64,000 nt of DNA from an uncultured Cytophagales bacterium. GTDB taxonomy: Bacteria; Bacteroidota; Bacteroidia; Cytophagales; JAAEPT01. The translations under genes and the position numbers were made by a program. Below, one piece after another: positions 9,520-19,073 of the stretch. The DNA is taken from the NCBI GenBank assembly GCA_963736575.1, contig CAVTPD010000001.1, positions 156,941-220,940 on the forward strand. The letters run 5' to 3'. Within the stretch, counting starts at the first letter, position 1; every line of letters starts with the position of its first letter. The notes beneath the pieces are model-generated. The model did no database searches, was not told where the DNA came from, and saw only the letters and a list, made by a program, of their open reading frames with translations.

Positions 9520-11289
9520 TTGAGTCAATTGAAATGCGCATTGCCAAGAACTCGACGAGTCGCTAGTTTCCCGCTCTCCCGGAGGTGCCATCCGCACGAC
9601 CGGCCGAAAACAACGAAGAACTTCATTTTGGGATTTCTTGATACTATCAAGCGCTGGCGACTCGCTCAAAAGGGTTTCTCCGCAGGGAAAAAACGCCGGG
9701 TCCATGGTGAAAGCGCCACCGTAAGGACTTTGGAGGACAGCCAGTTCGTCAAGCTGGCCCTTTATGCAGCTTTCGCCGTGTGTTCGGCGGTTTTGGTTCT
9801 CAAGGCATCACCGGCGGCGACGTTTGCCGAAGATCCGTTCAAGGGAATGCTCTACGGCTTCGCTCTGGCTCTGACGGCCCTGGCTATGTTCCACGTCGGA
9901 CACCAGCAGGTCTGCCGCCGCAACAGCCGGGTGATTCTGGTCCTGGGCGGTCTAATCGGGCACCTGTTGGTCGTTCGTTTGGTGATGGTGCTGGCGGATG
10001 CGGGAAGCATCCAGGAGACATACCGCTACCTTTTTGTGCCATGTGCCCTTGCTCCCATGCTCCACGGGGTGCTACTGGGGAGGACGGTCGGCAGTTTTTC
10101 CGCAGTGTATGTCAGCCTGATCGGCAGCTTGCTGGTGCCGGCGAATGACGTGATGAATTATATGATCGTTAGCCTTGTGGCGGGTATGACGGCCGTCCTC
10201 TGCACCGATCAGGTAAGAAAGCGTATCAAATTGATTCGTGCTGGAATTTACGTGGGCATCGTGATGGTGATCCTTGCCCTGGTGCTTGGAAAACTTGATG
10301 CGCTAGGCGTTTTCGGAGGGCCGGGATCGATGGGCCGCCTTCAGATTCTTGGCACCGGAAGCGGCATTGCGTTCGCAACAGCGCTTGCCACGGCGATGCT
10401 TATCAGCGGTTTTCTGCCCATGTTCGAGGGTGCCTTTCAGCTGACGACGGACATCAGTTGGCTGGAACTGACCGACCTGAACCATAAGCTCCTCAAGGAG
10501 ATGCAACTGGAAGCGCCGGGGACCTTCCACCATAGTTTGGTCGTCGCGGCCCTTTCGGAAGCGGCTGCGGAAAAAATCGGCGCGAACGCCTCCATGTGCC
10601 GGGTATGTGCCTACTTCCATGATGTCGGGAAACTCAAGAAACCCGGGTATTTTATCGAGAATCAGCATGACGGAGGGGAAAACCCGCATGATTCCCTGAC
10701 CCCGACGATGAGTGCGCTGATCATCACGGCGCATGTGAAGGACGGTGTGGATATGGCCGTGAAACACAAACTGAACCCTCGGATCATCGAAGTAATTCAG
10801 GAACATCACGGGGACTCTCTTGTATATTTCTTTTATCGAAAAGCTCAGGAGCAGAAGAAGGCGGAGATGGAGAAAGTGGATCGCCGCCTCGAGAATCCAG
10901 AGGACTTGCCCAAAGTGGAGGAAAAAAACTTTCGCTATCCGGGGCCGCGCCCGAGCACAAGGGAAAGCGGAATTATCTGTCTCGCCGATACGATCGAAAG
11001 CGCCTCCCGGACCCTCCGTAAGCCGACCCCTGCCAAAATCCGGGCGCTGGTCGAGGAACTCGTCCGCGCCAAAATCAATGACGGCCAGCTGGACGGATGT
11101 CCTCTCACACTTAGGGAACTCGCACTGGTGAAGGAAAGTTTCGCCAAAACACTGCGCAGCATGCTCCACAGCCGTATTGATTATCAGAAACCGGAGGAAA
11201 GGACCACTTCGAAGGGCGCCTCCGACCTTAGCCGCGATCCTCGGGCACAGACCGGGCGACTCACCGCGACGGCAGAGACCAGTGAATAG
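9520..11289 (+). CDS. 7TM-HD membrane phosphohydrolase (PgpH/YqfF-like HDIG protein)
   Basis: Multiple TM helices followed by an HD domain (HHSLVVAALSE...YFHDVGK...ITAHVKDG...EHHG). It sits directly upstream of ybeY, as yqfF does in Firmicutes. The start is uncertain: the ORF opens with TTG at 9520 and has no early in-frame ATG. Confidence 0.75.
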   Translation: MSQLKCALPRTRRVASFPLSRRCHPHDRPKTTKNFILGFLDTIKRWRLAQKGFSAGKKRRVHGESATVRTLEDSQFVKLALYAAFAVCSAVLVLKASPAATFAEDPFKGMLYGFALALTALAMFHVGHQQVCRRNSRVILVLGGLIGHLLVVRLVMVLADAGSIQETYRYLFVPCALAPMLHGVLLGRTVGSFSAVYVSLIGSLLVPANDVMNYMIVSLVAGMTAVLCTDQVRKRIKLIRAGIYVGIVMVILALVLGKLDALGVFGGPGSMGRLQILGTGSGIAFATALATAMLISGFLPMFEGAFQLTTDISWLELTDLNHKLLKEMQLEAPGTFHHSLVVAALSEAAAEKIGANASMCRVCAYFHDVGKLKKPGYFIENQHDGGENPHDSLTPTMSALIITAHVKDGVDMAVKHKLNPRIIEVIQEHHGDSLVYFFYRKAQEQKKAEMEKVDRRLENPEDLPKVEEKNFRYPGPRPSTRESGIICLADTIESASRTLRKPTPAKIRALVEELVRAKINDGQLDGCPLTLRELALVKESFAKTLRSMLHSRIDYQKPEERTTSKGASDLSRDPRAQTGRLTATAETSE

Positions 11290-11307
11290 AGAACCCTTGG
11301 GGAAGCC

Positions 11308-11772
11308 ATGTCACTCGAAGTCATCATTGGAAATCATCAGGACGAGATCGAGCTTCCGCTTGCCTGGATGACCGCGCTGGAGGAGATCGGCGAAAAGGCG
11401 GCAGGCCTGGCTCTTGAAGCCGCAGCCGAAGCTGACAGTCCGCTCCACAACCTAGCGACCTTGGAAATTGCGATCGTCGATGACGAAACCAGCGGACGGG
11501 TGCACTTGGATTTCATGGAAATCGAGGGTCCGACGGATGTGATCACCTTTCATCACGGGGAAATTGTTATCGGTGCGGAGGTTGCGAAACGGCAGGCTGC
11601 GGAATATGGTGAGCCGCTAGGTAGGGAGCTGCTTCGGTATTTTGTTCATGGTCTGCTTCACTTGGCAGGGCACGAAGACACGGAGGATGCCGAACGTTCG
11701 AAAATGGAGACAGCCCAGGAGGATATTGTCGGAAGGCTTTGGATGGACGGGATGAAAAACCGACTGGTTTGA
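11308..11772 (+). CDS. ybeY: rRNA maturation endoribonuclease YbeY
   Basis: 154-aa ORF with the zinc motif HGLLHLAGHED and typical YbeY length. Confidence 0.9.
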   Translation: MSLEVIIGNHQDEIELPLAWMTALEEIGEKAAGLALEAAAEADSPLHNLATLEIAIVDDETSGRVHLDFMEIEGPTDVITFHHGEIVIGAEVAKRQAAEYGEPLGRELLRYFVHGLLHLAGHEDTEDAERSKMETAQEDIVGRLWMDGMKNRLV

Positions 11773-11884
11773 ACTTTTTTCTAAGTTGTTCCTACTTTCG
11801 CACGTATTAACAATGAACGGTCGGAAATGTTGACTGGCCTCAAGCGCAGTATAACTTCCTCCAACCCGCAACGACCAAAAAACC

Positions 11885-12964
11885 ATGAGTATCCACGCAC
11901 AAATCAGCCAGGAAGCACAAGAGCGCCTGGCACGCCAGAAACGGAATTCTACCATCACCTCGTTTCTAATGGCGGGGATGGTTATTGCACTGATTATGGT
12001 AACCTTGGGTGTTTTTCTTCTTCCAAATTTAGCGAAAGAGAATCCTACGATTGTGACCTACTCCGCATCCGCTCAGGAAGAGTCCCAGCAGGAATCGAAA
12101 AAGGTAAACACAAAGGTGCAGCGGAAACCCAGCGCCCCTTCAAGCACACAGGCACCGGTTATCGCTTCGACATCGCCGTCGGCGCTATCAATCCCGGTCC
12201 CCGAGGTCATGGCAGACGATCCGGCTGTGGAATTTGGCGATGGGGACGGCTTTGGTGGAGGCTGGGGTGAGGCAGATGATTTTAGCAAGGGAGGTGGTGC
12301 CAGCTTTTTCAATCAGAGCGTGACTGCGGAAAGAATCGCATACGTGATCGATTATTCCGCATCCATGAGGGGGGAAAAGGACGAGCTCATGCGCAACGAA
12401 CTTACGAAGTCTGTCGGTGGTCTCGCCCCGGGAACAAAGTATCAGATGATTTTCTTCTCGGGTCCGGCATGGGTTGCCGGGAGCGAGGTCGATGTTGAGA
12501 AGCAAAAGGGCAAGGGAGTCGTAACAGGCTCTGGCGGTCACAAATACGATTGGGAAGGTAAAGGAGCAGGCATGTGGGGACCAAAAGGGAAGAGGCAAGA
12601 GGTCGAGTGGCTGGATGTTTCCGGGAAAAACCTCAGAGAATCCAAAGAGATTATCGAAAAATCCGTTCTTGCATGGGGAACGGACTGGACCAACCCCTTG
12701 GAAATGGCTTTTGGTATGGATCCCGCACCACAGATCATCTTTTTCATGACCGATGGTCTGATGGGAGGTCGGGACACGATGGACATCACCCGTAGCCTCG
12801 CCTCGAAGGCAAAATCGAAGGGCATCGTCGTGAACTCAATCGCGCTGATGGAACCGAGAGCGGAAGAGGCGATGTATGAGCTTGCCGACCGCACGGGAGG
12901 TGTCTTCACCATCGTTGAAGAAGGCGGTAAATCACGCGAGGTGAAACGCGTCAGCAAGAAGTAG
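11885..12964 (+). CDS. membrane-anchored von Willebrand factor A (vWA) domain protein
   Basis: 359-aa ORF with an N-terminal TM helix (ITSFLMAGMVIALIMVTLGVFLL) and a vWA/MIDAS-like start (AYVIDYSASM) followed by an alpha/beta region. Confidence 0.7.
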   Translation: MSIHAQISQEAQERLARQKRNSTITSFLMAGMVIALIMVTLGVFLLPNLAKENPTIVTYSASAQEESQQESKKVNTKVQRKPSAPSSTQAPVIASTSPSALSIPVPEVMADDPAVEFGDGDGFGGGWGEADDFSKGGGASFFNQSVTAERIAYVIDYSASMRGEKDELMRNELTKSVGGLAPGTKYQMIFFSGPAWVAGSEVDVEKQKGKGVVTGSGGHKYDWEGKGAGMWGPKGKRQEVEWLDVSGKNLRESKEIIEKSVLAWGTDWTNPLEMAFGMDPAPQIIFFMTDGLMGGRDTMDITRSLASKAKSKGIVVNSIALMEPRAEEAMYELADRTGGVFTIVEEGGKSREVKRVSKK

Positions 12965-12988
12965 TTGGTCTCGTGCCTCGCTTCCGTT

Positions 12989-13297
12989 TCAGCGGACGTA
13001 TTTGTCACCCCGCATTACCTCGACATCGGTTGAGTAAATAATGATCGCCCAGTTGGCAAAATACTTCTCGGCAATCTGATCCATAATGGCTTCCGCAGAA
13101 GCAATGGAGACGATGGTATCGATCTGGGCATTTCGACCTTCGAAGTCAGAGGTGCGGTTTCCCCGTGAGCCTTCGCCCTCCACAGCGGTGACCGTCCACC
13201 CGGTTGCGCCGTGATCTTTGATCAGAGTAATCAGATCGTCTCTGAGTAGGCGCTCTGCGATGATTGTCACTTTTTTGAGGTTGGTTTTCATAGCCAT
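12989..13297 (-). CDS. sbtB: P-II-like signalling protein (SbtB-type) partnered with SbtA
   Basis: 102-aa ORF, KVTIIAERLLRDDLITLIKDHGATGWTVTAVEGEGSRG..., with a P-II-like beta-alpha-beta pattern. It overlaps the 3' end of sbtA by 10 nt. Confidence 0.65.
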   Translation of the reverse strand: MAMKTNLKKVTIIAERLLRDDLITLIKDHGATGWTVTAVEGEGSRGNRTSDFEGRNAQIDTIVSIASAEAIMDQIAEKYFANWAIIIYSTDVEVMRGDKYVR

Positions 13298-14253
13298 GAG
13301 TGGAGGGAGTTTGCGATTTTTTGGAGCAAGGGTATGCCGATTGCGAGATTGAAAGGGAAAGTAACGCCCAGGGCGAGAGTCAGATAGTAGCCTGGGTTTG
13401 CCTGAGGCAGGGCGATCCGAACAGCGGCAGGGGCTGCGATGTAAGATGCGCTACCTACCATGGCCCCGAAAATCGCCGCCCCACCGGGGGTCATTCCTGC
13501 GAGAATGGCTCCGGCCACGCCGAGGGCGCCATGGAAAACAGGGAGAAAACAGCCGAGAGCAATCAGCCTCCAACCTGCTTTGCCGACATCCGCCAGTCTT
13601 TTCCCAGCGATCAGACCAAGCTCAAGGAGAAATATGCAGAGAGCTCCTTTGAATGCGGTGATGAAGAAAGGCTCCACATCCGCGAGTTTCGCAGGCCCGC
13701 AGACTCCTCCGATGACAAGGCCGCCTACAAGAAGGACGATGCTTTTTCCGGTGACAACCTCATGAAGAGCTTTTTTCCATCCGCCTCCGCTGTTGCTACC
13801 GGAGCTGCTTGCGAAGAGTAAGGCGACGATGATGCCGGGGACTTCAAGTAGAGCCACAAGTGCGGGAAGGTAACCCTCGTAAGGCATTCCGGAACGCTTG
13901 ACCGCTTCTGTCGCCGCTAAAAAGGTGACTACGGAAACGGAGCCATAATGGGCTGCGACCGCCGCTGCGTTTTCCCGGTTTAATTTCCCGAAGTTCTTAA
14001 TGAGGTAAAAAGCGGACACCGCGGTCACACAACCCAGTGCAAAAGTGACAACCGCAGGCAGCAGCATCTCGGAGAAAGGCGTTGTCGCCAGCGCTTTTCC
14101 TCCCTTCAGCCCTATTGCCAGAAGTAGGTAGATCGACAGCCCCTGATAGATCGGTTCGGGAATTGAAAGATCGCTTTTGATCCACCGGGCCACAATGCCA
14201 AGCGCGAAACATAGGACCACCGGTGAGATAAGATTTTCCGCTAGAAGATTCAT
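13288..14253 (-). CDS. sbtA: sodium-dependent bicarbonate transporter family permease (SbtA / DUF897)
   Basis: 321-aa polytopic membrane ORF. The N-terminus MNLLAENLISPVVLCFALGIVARWIKSDLSIPEPIYQGLSIYLLLAIGLKGG is characteristic of the SbtA family. Confidence 0.75.
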   Translation of the reverse strand: MNLLAENLISPVVLCFALGIVARWIKSDLSIPEPIYQGLSIYLLLAIGLKGGKALATTPFSEMLLPAVVTFALGCVTAVSAFYLIKNFGKLNRENAAAVAAHYGSVSVVTFLAATEAVKRSGMPYEGYLPALVALLEVPGIIVALLFASSSGSNSGGGWKKALHEVVTGKSIVLLVGGLVIGGVCGPAKLADVEPFFITAFKGALCIFLLELGLIAGKRLADVGKAGWRLIALGCFLPVFHGALGVAGAILAGMTPGGAAIFGAMVGSASYIAAPAAVRIALPQANPGYYLTLALGVTFPFNLAIGIPLLQKIANSLHSWL

Positions 14254-14399
14254 CTAGGGCGGAGATTCTCCACTTTTAAAATATACGCAAGAAAAAACAC
14301 GAAAAAAAGTTCGTATGTTTCTACAGCACTTACAGATCGAGCTTGGGGTCGTTGAGAATCGAAGGAGGTTTTGGCACCTAACGGAGGTGAATCTTTGGC

Positions 14400-14906
14400 C
14401 TAAATGCGCTTTTCTTCGATATCATAGACGTCGAACCATACATAAGGAGGTTTGTTTTCCGGAAGGTTGTGCAAGATGTAATCCTCCAGAAACTTCTGCA
14501 ACTTCATGGGCATCGCGCTGATCTGAGTGTCGCGCATTTTATTGTTCCACCGGATCACCGCATTGCGGGACTTCTGCTTGGCTTTTTTCCTAACCCATTC
14601 GGAGACTGCCTCATCATCCGCGCCAGTGGCAATGAACTTGCGAAAGGCGGAATATTTGATGCCTGCAAAGTCCAGCCAGTATTCGTCCAGTGGGCAGCCC
14701 GAATGATATTCGCCGTTTGTCTCCGCGAGAACCGCACGGCACTTGTCCACGCACCGGGCGGCGACAACATACCCGGCGATGGAAATGTCACGGGGGCTGC
14801 GGGGAAAATCTTTGGTCAGATCGAGGGAGGTGATGTCCATGGCGAACAATTCTGCGTCGGGAATGTCAACTTGGCGAGGAAAGGATTGTGACAACATGGG
14901 GGGCAT
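14400..14906 (-). CDS. DUF5069-like protein (hypothetical)
   Basis: The ORF track gives 14400-14969 from a TTG start. The first ATG (MPPMLSQSF...) is at 14906. The LTKDFPRSPRD...AGYVVAARCVDKCRA pattern recalls DUF5069 from memory. Confidence 0.5.
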   Translation of the reverse strand: MPPMLSQSFPRQVDIPDAELFAMDITSLDLTKDFPRSPRDISIAGYVVAARCVDKCRAVLAETNGEYHSGCPLDEYWLDFAGIKYSAFRKFIATGADDEAVSEWVRKKAKQKSRNAVIRWNNKMRDTQISAMPMKLQKFLEDYILHNLPENKPPYVWFDVYDIEEKRI

Positions 14907-14983
14907 GCTACCAAGTCGCCGCCTTGAAGTATCCACGGAGAAACGAATTTTCCAGCGGCTGGAAACCAAGATACATTAGCCAT

Positions 14984-15060
14984 GTTCAAACGGTATTGGT
15001 GGATCGTTCGCAATTATGCTGCCGGTGGGGATGGCCTGCCGGATTCTTGGTAGCAGGCGG
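14984..15060. repeat. imperfect direct repeat, copy 1 (pairs with 15820-15895)
   Basis: GTTCAAACGGTATTgGtGGAT...GATGGcCTGCcGGATTCT. The first 14 nt are identical to copy 2, 19 of the first 21 nt match, and a second conserved block sits at the same relative position. Confidence 0.6.
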
Positions 15061-15819
15061 CCGTGACCTCTCTGACGCCGTCTGGAATGCGAGAGCAACA
15101 TCGACCAGTCGAGATTAAGCCGAGCGAGCGTCGACCGCAGCCTGCGGAAGTGGCAGTCGAGCCGAACCGGACGGGAGACCTGTCATCCGGCACAGAGCGT
15201 TCGAACAAGATAAACCGGCCGAGGAACGCATGCTGGAGTATGGTGGATTGATCGGCGGTCGATCTGGAAAATCGCATGGGGAACGTGAACAAGGGCAACG
15301 AGCGAGCTAGGCGTCCTCGAGGTCCATCCGTGGTCACCGACCAGAATATGAGGAAGACGGACCTGCATCGCGACCAAGAGTCCAGAAGCACGAACCGCGA
15401 AGGAAGCCCGGGAGATCCGGCGGAAACGAAGTGGCGAGATCATCGCACAAAGAATTACCGGAACGGACCTAGGAGTCGCAGGCATCCGAAGAAAGGCGCT
15501 TGAAGCCGGCAATCCGGGAATCCATCGTGTCGAGAGCAGGAGATACGAAGGCTGAAAACGGTTCTAGGAGCAATGAATCGTGAGGGAATCTACAAAGCGG
15601 AGGGAGCGGCGAACCCGGGGCGCTTCTACCGCACGCTCCGAAACGCCCGCAAGGGCAAACTAGACAACAAAAAACAAAGCTCGCTACAGGGAACTAGAGG
15701 CAACGGTTCGAGCCCATAGAGAACTTCAGTGTCTCATTATCAAAGGGGCGAAAGCATGCTTCCAGCCCAGACGATCTAGGTGAAGTAATTTGCACGACGG
15801 AAAACCGGATCATTTCCAG
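15061..15819 (+). other. ORF-free, T-depleted purine-rich segment (candidate structured RNA or decayed insert)
   Basis: Hand base counts are A32 G34 C24 T10 (15401-15500) and A35 G29 C28 T8 (15601-15700). There is no credible ORF in six frames. Several short hairpins are present, e.g. GCCC-GCAA-GGGC at 15645-15656. Confidence 0.3.
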
Positions 15820-15895
15820 GTTCAAACGGTATTCGCGGATGTCTTCAATGAACCTGGATGGTCTGCGGATTCTGCTCGCGGTGGTCTGCTTCTCT
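15820..15895. repeat. imperfect direct repeat, copy 2 (pairs with 14984-15060)
   Basis: GTTCAAACGGTATTcGcGGAT...GATGGtCTGCGGATTCT; see copy 1. Confidence 0.6.
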
Positions 15896-16018
15896 CGCCT
15901 TTACTTGCCCTGCCTGTCATGTGGTTGCTAAACCTCAAGCACGCCCCCTGATTGCTGACCGGGAATGTCCCGACTCCGCCTTGCGCGTCCGATGGGAGGC
16001 GGACATATTTACCGAATT

Positions 16019-17752
16019 ATGAACCGGGAGGAAATGGCAGAGACGCTGGAGAAAATCGCGCTGCTACTGGAGCTGAAAGGGGAAAACCCGTTCAAGGTCC
16101 GGGCGTATCGGCAGGGGGCGGAGATCGTGCTTTCGATGGAAGAGGATGTGGTGGAGTTGGCGAAGAACGACGGACTAAAGGGCGTGAAAGGCATAGGCGA
16201 AGCGTTGCGCGACAAGCTGGGCGAGATGGCGAATACAGGTAGTCTCGCGTTTTATGAAGATCTCAAGAACGAGTTTCCTGAGACGGTTTTCGAACTATTT
16301 GATGTGCAAGGCTTGGGGCCAAAGAAGATCAAGGCAATGTATGACGCCCTGGGAATCGATTCCCTGGAGAAACTCAAGGCGGCATGCGATGAGGGAAAGG
16401 TCGCAGGACTTTCCGGATTCGGAAAAAAAACGCAGGACAAGATTTTAGAAGCAATCGCGGCGAATGAAACGTATGCGGATCGATTCACTCTGGGAAGTAT
16501 CGGAAATCTTGTGGAAGGAATGCTTGAGACCTTGCGGTTGCATCCGGAGATTTCGCAGGTGGCCGTCGCGGGCTCCTACCGGCGCGCCAAAGAAACAGTG
16601 GGTGATCTCGATTTTTTGGTGGCAACCAAAGAAGGTGCGCTGGTTTGTGAGGATTTCACGACCCTCCCGCAGGTGGAGGCCGTGATCGCATGCGGTGAAA
16701 CGAAAGCATCGGTCCGTCTTAAAAACGGTATCTATTGTGACCTGCGTGCGGTGAAAAATTCCGAGTTCCCATTCGCTCTTCAATATTTCACAGGCTCCAA
16801 AGAGCACAACGTCGCCCTACGTTCACTGGCTCTAAAGAAAGGGTGGTCGATGAACGAGTATGGTTTCAGCGTTGCGGAAGGTATGGAACCTCCGCTTGGA
16901 GTGGAGGAAGAGAAGGATATCTACCGTCTACTAGGCCTCCAGTATATCGAGCCGGAATTGCGTGAAAACAGGGGGGAGATAGAGGCTGCGGCTGAGAAGA
17001 GCCTGCCCAGGCTTGTCGAGTTGATGAACCTTCGAGGAACGTTTCACAACCACACCACGGAATCCGATGGGCGCGATTCATTGGAAGGGATGGTGGAAGA
17101 GGCAATGGATCTCGGACTGCAGTATCTCGGAATTTCCGATCACTCGAAGTCATCGGCCTACGCAGGTGGTCTTGATTCCGAAAGGCTTTTGAAACAGGTG
17201 GAGACGATACGCAATCTGGAGAAAACCCTGGGAGGGTTTCGCATATTCGCGGGATCCGAAGTGGACATCCTCATGGATGGTTCGCTCGATTTCTCCGACG
17301 ATGTGTTGGAGCATCTGGATTTTGCGGTGGCATCGGTTCACAACTTTGGGAAGCTCGACGAAGCGACGATGACGGAAAGGATATGCCGCGCAATGGAGAA
17401 CGAGCATGTTACCATGTTGGGTCATGTAACCGGACGGCTGCTTTTAAGAAGAGAGGGTTACCCGGTGGATCATGCGAGGATCATCGATTGCGCGGCGGCG
17501 ACGCGGACAGTGATCGAGCTGAACTGCAGTCCTTTGCGTATGGACATGGACTGGCGGTGGTGGAAGCGGGCCCGCGACAAAGGGGTCCTTTGTTCAATCA
17601 ATCCGGACGCACATTCAAGGGCGCGAATCCATCACGTGGGCGTGGGGGTGCGGGTCGCGAGGAAAGGCTGGCTGCGCCGGGAGGACGTCCTAAACACGCG
17701 GAGTGCCGAAGAAATGGACGCTTTCTTTCAAATGCCGAAGGGCGATCGATAA
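16019..17752 (+). CDS. polX: DNA polymerase/3'-5' exonuclease PolX (family X polymerase + PHP domain)
   Basis: HhH N-terminus (ENPFKVRAYR), a Pol-beta-like nucleotidyltransferase core (GSYRRAKETVGDLDFLV) and a C-terminal PHP domain (HNHTTESDG...ISDHS). The ORF opens at 15965, but the Met at 16019 (MNREEMAETLE) fits better. Confidence 0.9.
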   Translation: MNREEMAETLEKIALLLELKGENPFKVRAYRQGAEIVLSMEEDVVELAKNDGLKGVKGIGEALRDKLGEMANTGSLAFYEDLKNEFPETVFELFDVQGLGPKKIKAMYDALGIDSLEKLKAACDEGKVAGLSGFGKKTQDKILEAIAANETYADRFTLGSIGNLVEGMLETLRLHPEISQVAVAGSYRRAKETVGDLDFLVATKEGALVCEDFTTLPQVEAVIACGETKASVRLKNGIYCDLRAVKNSEFPFALQYFTGSKEHNVALRSLALKKGWSMNEYGFSVAEGMEPPLGVEEEKDIYRLLGLQYIEPELRENRGEIEAAAEKSLPRLVELMNLRGTFHNHTTESDGRDSLEGMVEEAMDLGLQYLGISDHSKSSAYAGGLDSERLLKQVETIRNLEKTLGGFRIFAGSEVDILMDGSLDFSDDVLEHLDFAVASVHNFGKLDEATMTERICRAMENEHVTMLGHVTGRLLLRREGYPVDHARIIDCAAATRTVIELNCSPLRMDMDWRWWKRARDKGVLCSINPDAHSRARIHHVGVGVRVARKGWLRREDVLNTRSAEEMDAFFQMPKGDR

Positions 17753-18814
17753 TCACCCTCTGCGCTTTCTGACCGCCTCCGCAAGAGTATCCAGGACTTT
17801 GACAGTATCATCCCAGTTGAGGCATGCGTCGGTGACGGACTGGCCACGGGTGAGCTTGGACAGATCGGCGTTGAGCTTCTGATTTCCCTCCACAAGATTC
17901 GACTCAATCATCACGGAGGTAATGGACTTTGATCCTCCTGCTATCTGATTCGCGAGTGCATTGGCTACGAGCGGCTGGTTACGGAAGTCTTTGTTCGAAT
18001 TCCCGTGAGAACAATCAATCATCAATGAATGGGGGAGCCCCTGTTCAGTGAGCATTTTCTCAACGGAAGCAACCGACTCCGCATCATAGTTCGGTCCTGA
18101 TTTCCCTCCCCGGAGAATGAGATGGCAGGATGGATTCCCGGCAGTCGATACGATGGCAGAGACGCCCTGTTTGGTGACGGAGAGAAAATGATGTGGCCGT
18201 GAAGCGGACTGAATCGCATCAAGGGCAATCTGGATTGATCCGCCCGTTCCATTTTTAAAACCGACTGGCATTGATAAACCGGAGGCGAGTTCGCGGTGGA
18301 TCTGTGACTCGGTCGTCCGCGCGCCAATGGCGCCCCAAGCGATGAGGTCGGCGTAATACTGCGGTGAAATGGTGTCCAGAAACTCGGTGCCTGCAGAGAC
18401 ACCCATTGTGGCAAGGTCCAGAAGGAGTTTGCGGGCAACTCTCAGGCCGCGGTTGATATCGAAAGAATCGTCGAGATTCGGATCGTTGATGAGGCCTTTC
18501 CAGCCGACCGTCGTCCGGGGCTTTTCAAAATAAACCCGCATGATGATACAAAGATCTTTCTCAAGTCGATCCGCTTCCTTCTTCAACTTTTCCGCATACT
18601 CGAGCGCGGCTTCCGGATCGTGGATTGAGCAAGGTCCGACGATGGCGAGCAACCGGTCGTCTTCAAGATTGAGAATGGCATCGGCCTCGGTCCGCGCATT
18701 GTGCACCACAGAGGCTGCCTGCTCGTTGATGGGCAGGTAATAGGCGAGAACCGCGGGGGAAATAAGCGGATTGATGCCGGAGATGCGGAGGTCGTCGGTG
18801 CGGTGTTTGGTCAC
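17753..18814 (-). CDS. aroG: 3-deoxy-7-phosphoheptulonate (DAHP) synthase, class I (AroF/G/H type)
   Basis: 353-aa ORF with RLLAIVGPCSIHD, KPRTTVGWKGLINDP and IDCSHGNS motifs typical of class I-alpha DAHP synthases. Which isozyme it is cannot be decided. Confidence 0.9.
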   Translation of the reverse strand: MTKHRTDDLRISGINPLISPAVLAYYLPINEQAASVVHNARTEADAILNLEDDRLLAIVGPCSIHDPEAALEYAEKLKKEADRLEKDLCIIMRVYFEKPRTTVGWKGLINDPNLDDSFDINRGLRVARKLLLDLATMGVSAGTEFLDTISPQYYADLIAWGAIGARTTESQIHRELASGLSMPVGFKNGTGGSIQIALDAIQSASRPHHFLSVTKQGVSAIVSTAGNPSCHLILRGGKSGPNYDAESVASVEKMLTEQGLPHSLMIDCSHGNSNKDFRNQPLVANALANQIAGGSKSITSVMIESNLVEGNQKLNADLSKLTRGQSVTDACLNWDDTVKVLDTLAEAVRKRRG

Positions 18815-19073
18815 GGGGCGGGTATCGAAGCTGCTGGTAGCAGAATTTGCGAGATTTTTTTAGAACGTAAGAGTTTCTTAGGCAGGCTCATTGCCGACAC
18901 GGAATTCGTCGGCTCGATTCCGACAATGAAATTTTCCTCCCGTGTCGTTCTCCACACAAAAGGTTTTCCGCCGATAGATGGAATTTACTGCCGTCGGACG
19001 GCCGCCAGAGCCGGGCATTCTTCAAATGAACAAGCCCAGGCTGAATAATGAGAAATCCAAGCAGCGAGATCGT

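Noticed and set aside
15063-15719. One + frame of the T-poor segment is interrupted only by TGA (15249), TGA (15501) and TAG (15717); possible selenocysteine/readthrough or frameshifted coding gene
   Set aside because: I located all stop triplets: 3, 8 and 5 in the three + frames. That difference is modest and is expected when T is ~10 percent. The conceptual product is featureless basic low-complexity sequence, and I saw no SECIS-like context.
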